Shown here: in pieces, positions 46,812 through 56,339 of the stretch
Numbering within the stretch: the stretch's first letter is position 1
Layout of the letters: every line of letters starts with the position of its first letter
Virus record (IMG/VR): IMGVR_UViG_3300048029_000465
Strand: one strand, 5' to 3'
DNA from: an uncultured virus (IMG/VR IMGVR_UViG_3300048029_000465)
Lineage: Duplodnaviria; Heunggongvirae; Uroviricota; Caudoviricetes; Demerecviridae
Length of the DNA: 64,000 nucleotides
Made by a program: the position numbers and the translations under genes
Notes under the pieces: model-generated
What the model saw: the letters and a program-made list of their open reading frames with translations, nothing else
The model's database searches: none
What the model was told of the DNA's origin: nothing

Positions 46812-49800
46812 TTAGACTGCAATACAGTGCCGTACAACTTTAAATGTCATACTGTCATTTGAAGAAGGAGTTGCAAGAAGTCTTACATTACCGCTGGAAA
46901 TATCTGCGTCAAATGTAGCTTCTGCACTGCCTGTAAAAATTGTTCCGTATTCTGTGATACTTGGAGTTGTACCATCATGAATTAATAAAATTTCTGTCAA
47001 GTGATACGTGCTATCCGTAGTATTTGTTACTTGAACCGTGTATCTTGCGGATCTAAAACTCGTTACCGCAAAACTATCAATTGCGACTTGAGATGTAGCT
47101 GTTGTCGTTGTTGAAGTTGTATCAATTGCTGCGTCGCCCACTTCAATAGAACTTGATTCTATTGAGCCGATATTTTTTAAGTTGCGAGTATCACCTTCTA
47201 CAATTTGAGTGTTTCCGACCCAATAACCATCTGCATTATCAGTACCACTTTCAAACTTGCCGTCTGCATAAAATGAGTTTGCATCAACGCTGTTGCTATA
47301 GAAACTGGCAGCGCCCTGGTAGAACTGTGCGAGCTCTGTAGACCCGTCAGCTTTGTAAAAACGATGAATGTCGTTTTTGTAGGTGTTCATCGCGTCAGTG
47401 CTGCCACCGCCACCAATCTTTATCGCCTCTGTGCCGTCGGGATTATTGATCTTGACGTAGGTGTTGTCGTCAAGATCAATTACAGTATCGCCAGTGTTGT
47501 CGTGCTCGATGCCTGTAAGTCTAGCTGTGCGGTTTGTGTCGATAACTAGCACACCGCCGACATCAAACTCTTTAGCGCGAACACGTCCGTTAAATTGGCT
47601 TGGAACATCGTCCGCTATAAAGACGCCATAAGCGTTTGTGTTTGGGTAGAAAGTTGAGTCTTGTAAATTACCCTGGTAATCGCCATAAAACAGATAGCTG
47701 TTGTTAACAGTGTGGTCAGTACCAGCATCGTTTTCGTCAATCAGCGCGTAGACCGCATACATGTTGCTGATGGTGTGCGCGTTGTTTGTGGTATCGAGTT
47801 GTACTTCGTTCCACGAGCCGTACATTGATGTAATGTCGCCCGTATTATTACCGTTAGTAATTGCGTGGTTTGAAGCACCTACTAGTTTTGAGATGGTTGT
47901 TCCGCTACTTACGTTAGCTTGCGCTGTATTATGTGCCCCAAAAACGTTAGCCACTTCTCCTGTACCACTGCTTTGAGCAGTAGCCTGACTTTGTGACCCA
48001 TAAAGGTTAGTTACGGTGCCGCCAGTATTTAAAGCAATGCTGTAAGAGTACAGCCCACGCAAGTTAGTCATGTCGGCTGAACCATTAGTGCGTGCGTAAA
48101 GATACGCTGCATCGAGTCTGTCGGCTGTCCCGGCAGCGTTGTTACGCGCATCAACGTACAGCGGAAATAAACGCGTCTCGTTGTTTGTATCGCCTCCCGA
48201 ATCCGTAGAATCGTAGTCGATGTAAACTCCGTATTTGTAATTGTCGGTCGTATGCGTTTCCGTGCCACTAAAGTTAAAGTCGAACCGCATCATGGTGTGG
48301 TTTTGATTACTAATGGTGTTTGAGGCTGAGTAATCGAAGCCATTGGTTCTGTTGTTGCCAGGAAGTACTTGGAACTTGGTCTGCGCCTTCAACGTGTCGG
48401 TGCTTCCGTCTAGCGATAGGTATGTTTTAGTGCCACCACTGCCGTTATCACTTTCAAACCTAACATCCATGTCGTCAGCAAGGTTGCGTATGTATAAATG
48501 GCCTGACGTATTATCGAGGTAGGTCGTGCCTGCGTGATAGATCTTGAAGTCGTTGTCTGTGCCGAAACTTAGTTTGTCGTTTTCAAGAAACTGTGTATCG
48601 CCACTTATAGTGCCCCCAGCTAATGGCAGGTGCCCGACCTGACTGTACGTGTACGCTGTGTCGTAGTTGCTTTTGTCTGTATCTGTAAGATCGCCTCTGT
48701 GCCAAACGTCGTTGCCGTCATACTGCAACTTGTAGGCACTATTTGCGGGATCAAAATTTAAATGTTGATCTGTCGTGTGCCAGACTTGCCAGCTTGTACT
48801 ACCATTTCTTTCGAACAGGAAAAGATCGCGGTTGCCATCTGTATCGGCTGAAATGTTATCACCATTTGGATCGAACTCGATACCGCCTGCAACATTTATA
48901 GAGCCGCCAAAATCAACATTTTTGTTTTGATACAACTCCATGGTGATGTTGGTTGTGCCGTCACCAGGCGAGAAAATTAGACTATCGTCGCCGTTGGAAT
49001 CGAGCCACATCTCGTATTGGCCGCCATCGGTTTTCAGGGTGATCCCTGCGTCACGATCGTGTGTCGTTTCTATGAGTAATGTGTCGCGGTAGCCGCTGTC
49101 ATGACTGTGATACAAGTGCAGTACAGGCGCGTTTATAGTTGATTTGCTTATCTTTGCAGGAAAGTTAAGTTCGAAAATGCCGTCGGTTTCGTTCCAAAGT
49201 AAAGACGCATCCGAAGAGCCTCGTTCTACAATAAGACCCGAATTATTACTTGTTAAAACATCTCCTCCTGAATTAACTGTAATCGTATTATCTGCAACAT
49301 GTAAATCAGTTACATTTTGTCTGTTGATTGTGCCTGTAACATTTAAATCACCAGTTACACTAAGGTCATTTGAAATAATAACTTCTTCTAAAAACTTAGT
49401 ATTTTTATTTCCGCCGTCTAGGAAAAAGTACGTATCAGTGCCGTAGCCTGTGCCGTCGTCTGATTGGAAGTAAATGTCTCCGTCTTCTGTACGATTTTTA
49501 ATGTACAAGTCGCCAGTATCATTTTGAATTGTACCAGTGCCACCACTGTGAACTATTTTTAGATCATTATCATCGCCAAACTGAATTTCATGCGTGTCAC
49601 CTAACTTAAGATCTCCAATAATTGTAGTATCTTGGCGAAGAGTAATACTATCTGCGGTATCTTCTTCAAAGGTTGCAAAATGTACTCCGCCTGCATAGAT
49701 ATCTATTTGATCATCTGTAAACTGTAGATAAGTATCTGTATCTCCTCTATGCGTTACTGTTTCATCAGTAGTTAAGTTACCGGAAGAAGAACCTCCAGTA

Positions 49801-52800
49801 CTTTGCTCTACAGCTTCAAAAAGTACAGGAGTACCAGTACTATCATTTGCTCCTCCGTTTGATGATGAAAGGAAGACTGAACTTGCATTACCCCGTACTA
49901 TCTTAACTCGAAAATCATAATCTGTATTATCATCTAATCCTGTAGTAAGAGTTGCTGTATAAGCTGCGTTAATATTATAATTAGTAGCATACTGAAGAAG
50001 AGTAGGAACGGCGTAAAAATCGTTTGCACTACTAATTGCAGGACCTACATGAGCCCAAGCACTAGAGCCTTCTGATGACTTTTTGGCTTCGAAACTGATA
50101 GTTATCTTAACATTGGAAGACCCTGCTGAATAGTTTAAAGGCCAGGAAAAAGAATCATTTATAATTGCTTCAAGAGTTACATTTTCTTCTCCATGAGCGG
50201 CACTACTAATTGTTATATATTTTGCAGCCTCTCCAAGATAGTGCCCGGAAGCATTACTGTAAAATCCTCCGCTTCCTGTGCCTTGTCGAGAATCGATTTG
50301 GCTCCATACTTCTTGTGTAAAAGCACCCGGACCCACCGAACCGTCTACAATTGCTGAAGCAGGAATATTTGAGGGAAGAGTTGTATCTGATGTATTACTA
50401 AAATCAAGAGCTGTTGGAGCTAAAGTACCTTTTATACTTAGAGTTCCTTCTGATTGGTCAAAAAATACGTACTTGTGGCTGGCAATATCAGTAGCGGTGG
50501 CGTCCCCAAAAAATACATCGGCTTGAACGGGCTCTAATAATATTCCCTTGCCCGATACATCTGCTCCAGAAATTGAAGGAGGAGTTCCTCCATTGGTAAT
50601 ATTTACTTCACCTTTAAAATGCGCTGATCCATCGTTGTCAATTCTAAATTGTTCTGTACTAATTCGAGCGTTAGATCCATCACTAAATAAAGTAATATCT
50701 CCAGAAGCCGCAAAAGTGCCGTCAGAACTTACTTTTGTACCTGCATAAATTGCATCAGAGTCAACAGTCCAACCACCAATTTCACCGTCGTCGGCTGTTA
50801 CTGTTCCATTTACTTCTAAAGTTCCTTGATCTTGGTCAAAAAATACATAGCTTCCTGCCGAGTCTCCAAATAAAACGTCGCCATCGTTTTTCAAGAGAAT
50901 ACCTGCTCCAGCAAGAGTCGTACCGCTAATACTTGGAGCAGTCGCTCCAGCAGTTACTACAAATTGTCCACCTTCTAGAGTAACATTTGTGCCGTCATAC
51001 TTAAAGTTATCTCCTGTAGGGTCCCCTACCTGAAATACGTGGTTACTGCCGTCCCATCCTAAAAAGAACCCTCCATTGCCGCTTCCAATTGAAGTAATTC
51101 CTGCATTAATAGTAGGAGTGCCTGTAGGATTATCAAGAAGAGTAAATCCGCCGTCGTTTATAGTAATTCCACTATTTATTTCGTCGGAAGTAATTGATAT
51201 AGCGCTACCACTCACGCCGTTTGCATCTGAGCGCGGCTCATATTTAGAATTTTTTGTAATTGGATTGCCTAGAGAATTTGTCGTTCTTATAGAATACCTA
51301 ATCCAATAGTACCGTGTCTGGTCCCCTGTGTCTAATAATATATCCGTGTATATTGTACCTTTAGTTGTTCCTATTAAAGTAGCACCCGAAAATGAAGTAG
51401 AGTCTGACCTCCATACTTCTATGGTGTGAGTTGCTTCATTATAGTTATTGGCATTTGTCCAAGACAGATCAATGCCTCCTCCTCCATTAACAGTAGTGGT
51501 AAGAGAAGTAGGTACACGTACTTCTACAGGAGGCCTTCCTCCAGATTCTTGAGCATAGGACGCAACCAAATCTGACGCTGGAGCCTCAATTACATATGCA
51601 TTGTCATTGTGCTCTTTTGCAACAATGTCTACGAGTAAGTCGTCCCGAGTACTTAAACTTTCGATACGAAATAACTTTTTAACCCAGTTAAACTTATCAT
51701 ACGTAAGGGCTATAAGATTTCCTGCAAGCAGCATGTACCCACGAGGAGCTATCGTAAATGAAATATCTAACCCCGCCCTTGATTCGTCAAGAGCTTGTTT
51801 AATATTCATTCGAGCGTTAAAATAGTTCGAAATGCCAGGAGCCTCATAACTTCCTTGACGAGGTATTCCTTTATCTTGCTTTTTATAATCAGAATTATAA
51901 AATGAAATTGACCTAGGCTCAAAGTTATTTGCTGGGTCAACTACTTGAGCATTTACAGAGTTAAAAGTTTTACTAATTCCTTTATCTGATATTTTTATAT
52001 CGCCCACAATAAAGTCTTCAGTAATTATTTCATCTGAAGTAAAATCTGAAATAGCTTTTGCTTTTACTTTCTGGTCAAGAAAATAAGTACCATTTGCAAA
52101 CCGCAGTATACCATTAAACTGACGCAACATACTATTAACATTATCAAATAAAGACTGTGACGTATCGAGAGTCATATTTGTTTGATGTCGTGTTACAAAT
52201 CTCTGATCAGGAGTATCCCAACCTACATATTTCCAGTACTTGACATCATCTGAATCGTATAATGAATACCCCGTGATGATGTTATTATTAGAGAGTTTTT
52301 TAACAAAAGGATTACCTAAATTAGTAGCTAGTGTTGTATTTAAAGCAACATCTACTGCAGGATTACTTCCAACTTTTCTCAAGTTAATTACGTCTGTAGC
52401 AGCAGTAGTAGGCTCGTTAGCCATAACTCCTGCAGAAGATACTAGTTCCCAGTTACCTCCTCTAGTCCAGACAAGCTCATTTACTGAGTACGAATACCAG
52501 TTATTCCACTTTCTTCCTAGCTTTCCAATACAGTTTGTGAAGGTAACTTCTTTATAAGATTCATATATATTGTAAGTAATATCTTTTACACTACTTACTG
52601 TTCCTTCCCACAGTAAACTGCCTGTTGCAGGGTATCTATATTTCTCATCCACCGATACTGAGACAGTACTAGGTAGTATAACGGTTACTTCAGAAGCAGT
52701 ATCACAAGAGCGCGCAACTTCTCTAAAAGAAGTAATATCTATGTCATTTTGTAAACTTAAACCCTTTCCATATCTATCATTTGTTAAATAATCCAATAAC

Positions 52801-55694
52801 TGTATTGCAGGGTTGGTTGAAACTCGAAAGTCCCCCCACGACTCTATATCTAAGTGCGTGCCTTGTACTCCATATTTATATTTTGTATTTGCAACAGTAA
52901 ATCGAGGGTGCATACCCCTATTTAAACATAGTATGCTATTTGTATTACAAAACGTGCGAAGAGACGCAGTAGATGGCATACGTATACTATAGTCATGTGG
53001 AACAACATCTTCTTCGGTTATCTCTATAGTAACTCCTTCTGTGTCTGTAGGATTTAATGAATCCGACACATTTTGAGTAATTAAAGAACGGTTAACAAAA
53101 TCACACCCAGTTGCCGTTACTGTAGTAGTACCCGCAGTGTTTGAAGGACCTCCAAATATGGCTTCCATTTCTCCTGCTATACCGGTTGCAACGTACTCCA
53201 TCGTAGCCGCATCAATATCTGTCGCCCTAATTGTTAAGGTTGTAGTATATGAGTTAGCTGTAAGTGTTAAATCAAAAAGAGCAGAAGTCTCTCCTGCAAC
53301 TTTTAAAACATCTTTGGTAAAAGTAGGAAGAGATGAAAAATCAAGAGTGTATCTATAATTTTGTCGAGTTACTGGTTGATTTCCAATCATCTCAGGACCG
53401 TCTGCAGTCTCTACATAAATCGGCTCATAAGTAGTAATCTCTGTAATTTTTCTTTCAATAGGTACACTTTTATTTGTAAAGTTTGACCCAGAGAATACAA
53501 AACCTCCAACAGCTAGCTCGTCTGTGGGAGATACAGGTGCACTAGTATTGTTCGAATACTCTGGAGATAAAAAAGTTAGTGTATTAGAGCTTTTTGTAAT
53601 ACTAAACTTACCTATGTCCCCATCCGTTATAATAGAAGCTTCGGTTGTAGCACTTGAAAAGTCTCCTAGACGTATTCTATATTCTATTAGGCTTGATGCG
53701 TTTAGAAAAGACCACTTATCAACAATGCGTGCAGTACCTCCAGGAGTAGTTCCATCTGCTAAAGTAATAGATACTTCGTCTCCCAACTCAAAATTTGTAT
53801 GCAGCCCGTTAGAAATTCTATAAGAACCATCATAGTTATGGCAATCTATAAACTTTCCGCGCACAACAAAAGAAAGTTCTGGAGCTTTTCCGTCCTCCGA
53901 TGTAATACTATCGCGTGTAACAATGTATGCAGTATCTAACAACTTGTGATTTGCTGTCCAATACGTGCTCGCATCGTCTTGATAATACTGCTGTTGTACT
54001 AAAAAATCTGTTGAGTTTGCTATTCCGAGTAGTGTCTGGTTTGCTTCTTGATCTTCTCTTCCTGCATGTACAGTTATTTGTATGTCATTTGCAAGAGTTG
54101 CTCGAAAACTTTGTTCGTGCAATATTCCATTTTTACCTGAAGTACCTATAGCGGAAAAGTTCGTATCTGGAGTATTAAGACGAGGAAGCTGTAGACGTAC
54201 ATTTGGGTCATACTGCCAAACATCAGTATTTTCTAGGTCTTCAGTACTGCCGTAAAGAATCTCGCTCATTGGAGTATTTGTAAACAAGTTTCCGCCTGTT
54301 AAAACATCTCCTCGGTCCATTCTTCCAAAACATGGAATATCGTCTGCACTTCCGAGCCTTACGTCGCTGTCTGCTCTGTCCCTACAAACCAGACTTTTGT
54401 CTTCCATATAAATATCGTAAACGCCGCCAATCGGTCCTTCACAAAGAACTTGAGCTTGAAATAACTCTGTTTTACCATTACTAACATTATCATCGGAATT
54501 ATCGTCTTGAGTAATAACAACGTCTGCAAAAACAGGTATTGTATCTACTTTTTGTACTCCATAAACAACAGGAATGTGCTTTGCCTCAAGGTTAAGAGAA
54601 AGATCTAGCTCTCGAGTTATTTCGTATTTTTCTTCTTTATACTTTGTGCCTCCAAAAAATCCAGCCAATCCTCCTCTTTTTACACTTTTTCCTCGAGTAG
54701 CAATATCTGTATAAGTTGCTAGTACATTTAAAGAGCTGTCCGCGTGAACAAATCCAAGATCGTGAACATACTCTGGACGAAGAGCAGAATCTTGATTTGA
54801 AAGACCAGAGCTATCTAATCCTCGGTGAAACTCGTCCGAAGTTATACGTCCGCTTACACGAATAAAGTCTCCCCAGTGGCTTGTAAGAGACCATGTAATA
54901 GTAGAAGCTCCCTGCGCTTTTTCATTGAGAGTACCTTTTGCAATAATTCCTCTAAATAAAAGTACAGGCTCTCCTATACGAGCACCATCAGCAGGATCAG
55001 CAAAAACTCTGTAAATAGTTACAGATCTATTTATATAATTATCAAAACTTACAGAAGAAAATACTGTCTCTGAGCCCGAGTTGTCAGCTCCTCCAGCTAC
55101 TAATGCGTCAACTTCAGAAGAATCAAATCTTATATCAAAAGAAACGGAAGAGTTTGCAACAATTGTAGTATCTTCAAGATTTGTAATTTTAACCTTTGTT
55201 CCGTCGCCAAATAAACCATCTATTCTAGCTTTAAAACTTACGCTGGAGTCAGATCTTTTTGTAAATTTAACTATATCTCCTGCATAAAATCCGGATTTAA
55301 ATAAATCAAAGTCAACAGTTAGATCTGCCGTAGCGCCAGAAGAAATTGCACTATTAGTAACAGAAACAGCATTTGCCTGCTTACCAAGTTTTGTTGCAGA
55401 TAAAGTAAGAGAAAGACTAGTGGCTTTTGCTTCGGTATTCTCTGGAACTTTTCCTACTTTTAGTAGGCCTCCTGGAGTATAAGTTTGAGGATCATAATCT
55501 GCATGATTCTCGTCGTGCTCAGGATCATACTGTACTTCATATGGAGCATCTGTTAGATATACGTAATCCGTGACTTTTTCTGCTTCACGAGCAAGTTGAG
55601 AAGGCTTCTCAAATTTGACAAGATGGTATACAAGCAAAGAATCATTATCTGCCAATGCATTTTTTATTTGAGGTGATATATTACGTAAGGCCAT
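46812..55694 (-). CDS. baseplate hub/tail tip protein (T5 pb3-like) fused to a central fibre, 2960 aa
   Basis: pb3-like N-terminus (YVYLTDAP), IPVVYG, CEGPI, NPAIQLLDYLTNDRYGKG host-specificity-J-like motifs, FNIII (P.SL...LSW...IEVWRS...RYYWIR), then fibre modules; follows Dit. Confidence 0.85.
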   Translation of the reverse strand: MALRNISPQIKNALADNDSLLVYHLVKFEKPSQLAREAEKVTDYVYLTDAPYEVQYDPEHDENHADYDPQTYTPGGLLKVGKVPENTEAKATSLSLTLSATKLGKQANAVSVTNSAISSGATADLTVDFDLFKSGFYAGDIVKFTKRSDSSVSFKARIDGLFGDGTKVKITNLEDTTIVANSSVSFDIRFDSSEVDALVAGGADNSGSETVFSSVSFDNYINRSVTIYRVFADPADGARIGEPVLLFRGIIAKGTLNEKAQGASTITWSLTSHWGDFIRVSGRITSDEFHRGLDSSGLSNQDSALRPEYVHDLGFVHADSSLNVLATYTDIATRGKSVKRGGLAGFFGGTKYKEEKYEITRELDLSLNLEAKHIPVVYGVQKVDTIPVFADVVITQDDNSDDNVSNGKTELFQAQVLCEGPIGGVYDIYMEDKSLVCRDRADSDVRLGSADDIPCFGRMDRGDVLTGGNLFTNTPMSEILYGSTEDLENTDVWQYDPNVRLQLPRLNTPDTNFSAIGTSGKNGILHEQSFRATLANDIQITVHAGREDQEANQTLLGIANSTDFLVQQQYYQDDASTYWTANHKLLDTAYIVTRDSITSEDGKAPELSFVVRGKFIDCHNYDGSYRISNGLHTNFELGDEVSITLADGTTPGGTARIVDKWSFLNASSLIEYRIRLGDFSSATTEASIITDGDIGKFSITKSSNTLTFLSPEYSNNTSAPVSPTDELAVGGFVFSGSNFTNKSVPIERKITEITTYEPIYVETADGPEMIGNQPVTRQNYRYTLDFSSLPTFTKDVLKVAGETSALFDLTLTANSYTTTLTIRATDIDAATMEYVATGIAGEMEAIFGGPSNTAGTTTVTATGCDFVNRSLITQNVSDSLNPTDTEGVTIEITEEDVVPHDYSIRMPSTASLRTFCNTNSILCLNRGMHPRFTVANTKYKYGVQGTHLDIESWGDFRVSTNPAIQLLDYLTNDRYGKGLSLQNDIDITSFREVARSCDTASEVTVILPSTVSVSVDEKYRYPATGSLLWEGTVSSVKDITYNIYESYKEVTFTNCIGKLGRKWNNWYSYSVNELVWTRGGNWELVSSAGVMANEPTTAATDVINLRKVGSNPAVDVALNTTLATNLGNPFVKKLSNNNIITGYSLYDSDDVKYWKYVGWDTPDQRFVTRHQTNMTLDTSQSLFDNVNSMLRQFNGILRFANGTYFLDQKVKAKAISDFTSDEIITEDFIVGDIKISDKGISKTFNSVNAQVVDPANNFEPRSISFYNSDYKKQDKGIPRQGSYEAPGISNYFNARMNIKQALDESRAGLDISFTIAPRGYMLLAGNLIALTYDKFNWVKKLFRIESLSTRDDLLVDIVAKEHNDNAYVIEAPASDLVASYAQESGGRPPVEVRVPTSLTTTVNGGGGIDLSWTNANNYNEATHTIEVWRSDSTSFSGATLIGTTKGTIYTDILLDTGDQTRYYWIRYSIRTTNSLGNPITKNSKYEPRSDANGVSGSAISITSDEINSGITINDGGFTLLDNPTGTPTINAGITSIGSGNGGFFLGWDGSNHVFQVGDPTGDNFKYDGTNVTLEGGQFVVTAGATAPSISGTTLAGAGILLKNDGDVLFGDSAGSYVFFDQDQGTLEVNGTVTADDGEIGGWTVDSDAIYAGTKVSSDGTFAASGDITLFSDGSNARISTEQFRIDNDGSAHFKGEVNITNGGTPPSISGADVSGKGILLEPVQADVFFGDATATDIASHKYVFFDQSEGTLSIKGTLAPTALDFSNTSDTTLPSNIPASAIVDGSVGPGAFTQEVWSQIDSRQGTGSGGFYSNASGHYLGEAAKYITISSAAHGEENVTLEAIINDSFSWPLNYSAGSSNVKITISFEAKKSSEGSSAWAHVGPAISSANDFYAVPTLLQYATNYNINAAYTATLTTGLDDNTDYDFRVKIVRGNASSVFLSSSNGGANDSTGTPVLFEAVEQSTGGSSSGNLTTDETVTHRGDTDTYLQFTDDQIDIYAGGVHFATFEEDTADSITLRQDTTIIGDLKLGDTHEIQFGDDNDLKIVHSGGTGTIQNDTGDLYIKNRTEDGDIYFQSDDGTGYGTDTYFFLDGGNKNTKFLEEVIISNDLSVTGDLNVTGTINRQNVTDLHVADNTITVNSGGDVLTSNNSGLIVERGSSDASLLWNETDGIFELNFPAKISKSTINAPVLHLYHSHDSGYRDTLLIETTHDRDAGITLKTDGGQYEMWLDSNGDDSLIFSPGDGTTNITMELYQNKNVDFGGSINVAGGIEFDPNGDNISADTDGNRDLFLFERNGSTSWQVWHTTDQHLNFDPANSAYKLQYDGNDVWHRGDLTDTDKSNYDTAYTYSQVGHLPLAGGTISGDTQFLENDKLSFGTDNDFKIYHAGTTYLDNTSGHLYIRNLADDMDVRFESDNGSGGTKTYLSLDGSTDTLKAQTKFQVLPGNNRTNGFDYSASNTISNQNHTMMRFDFNFSGTETHTTDNYKYGVYIDYDSTDSGGDTNNETRLFPLYVDARNNAAGTADRLDAAYLYARTNGSADMTNLRGLYSYSIALNTGGTVTNLYGSQSQATAQSSGTGEVANVFGAHNTAQANVSSGTTISKLVGASNHAITNGNNTGDITSMYGSWNEVQLDTTNNAHTISNMYAVYALIDENDAGTDHTVNNSYLFYGDYQGNLQDSTFYPNTNAYGVFIADDVPSQFNGRVRAKEFDVGGVLVIDTNRTARLTGIEHDNTGDTVIDLDDNTYVKINNPDGTEAIKIGGGGSTDAMNTYKNDIHRFYKADGSTELAQFYQGAASFYSNSVDANSFYADGKFESGTDNADGYWVGNTQIVEGDTRNLKNIGSIESSSIEVGDAAIDTTSTTTTATSQVAIDSFAVTSFRSARYTVQVTNTTDSTYHLTEILLIHDGTTPSITEYGTIFTGSAEATFDADISSGNVRLLATPSSNDSMTFKVVRHCIAV

Positions 55695-56339
55695 TTATGA
55701 AAGTGTCTCTTCTAATTTCACTGAAAAAGTGTAAAGTCCCTGCGAGTCAAGGCTATATTGAATATCGCTTCCTGGAACTATAACTCTCATACGAGGAGTT
55801 CCAAAGTTAGCTTGTTCTGTTCCGGATAGAGTTTCATTAATTTTTCGTTGAAGGGGAGGAGTAACTGTAATCACATTGCTGTTGATTTTTGTTACTTTAT
55901 ACGTTTTAACGTGAGTATCGTCGTTGGGATCTGTAATATAAAACATATCTGCAACCGCAATACTTGTCGTATTATTGAGTGTAAGCTCTACGGACCCTGC
56001 GTCAGCGGAAGCTGTTATATTCTTTGTTGCTGCAGATGTGTTACTATACTGAGGTAATTCTACAAAGAATGCCTCAAGGCTTGCTTGTCTTTGTAAAAGA
56101 AAAGGGTATACTACGTTAAACTGTGCCTTTGTAAGCTTGTTATATTTAATATCAACCATAAACTTTTGATACTTGTTTATACTACGAAAAGCAAGTCCAG
56201 AATTAGATCGATTCATTACGGTAGGCTGCTGAGAAGTTATAGTTACAGAAGAAAACCCAGGCCCGTAAGAGCCTGAGCTGTCGTCGCCCGCCGCATTTAT
56301 TCGATTATTTGGATCTGGTAAAGTATTTTGTATAGGCAT
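55695..56339 (-). CDS. distal tail protein (T5 pb9-like Dit)
   Basis: LPDP...GPGF.SV; lies between tape measure and hub. Confidence 0.8.
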   Translation of the reverse strand: MPIQNTLPDPNNRINAAGDDSSGSYGPGFSSVTITSQQPTVMNRSNSGLAFRSINKYQKFMVDIKYNKLTKAQFNVVYPFLLQRQASLEAFFVELPQYSNTSAATKNITASADAGSVELTLNNTTSIAVADMFYITDPNDDTHVKTYKVTKINSNVITVTPPLQRKINETLSGTEQANFGTPRMRVIVPGSDIQYSLDSQGLYTFSVKLEETLS

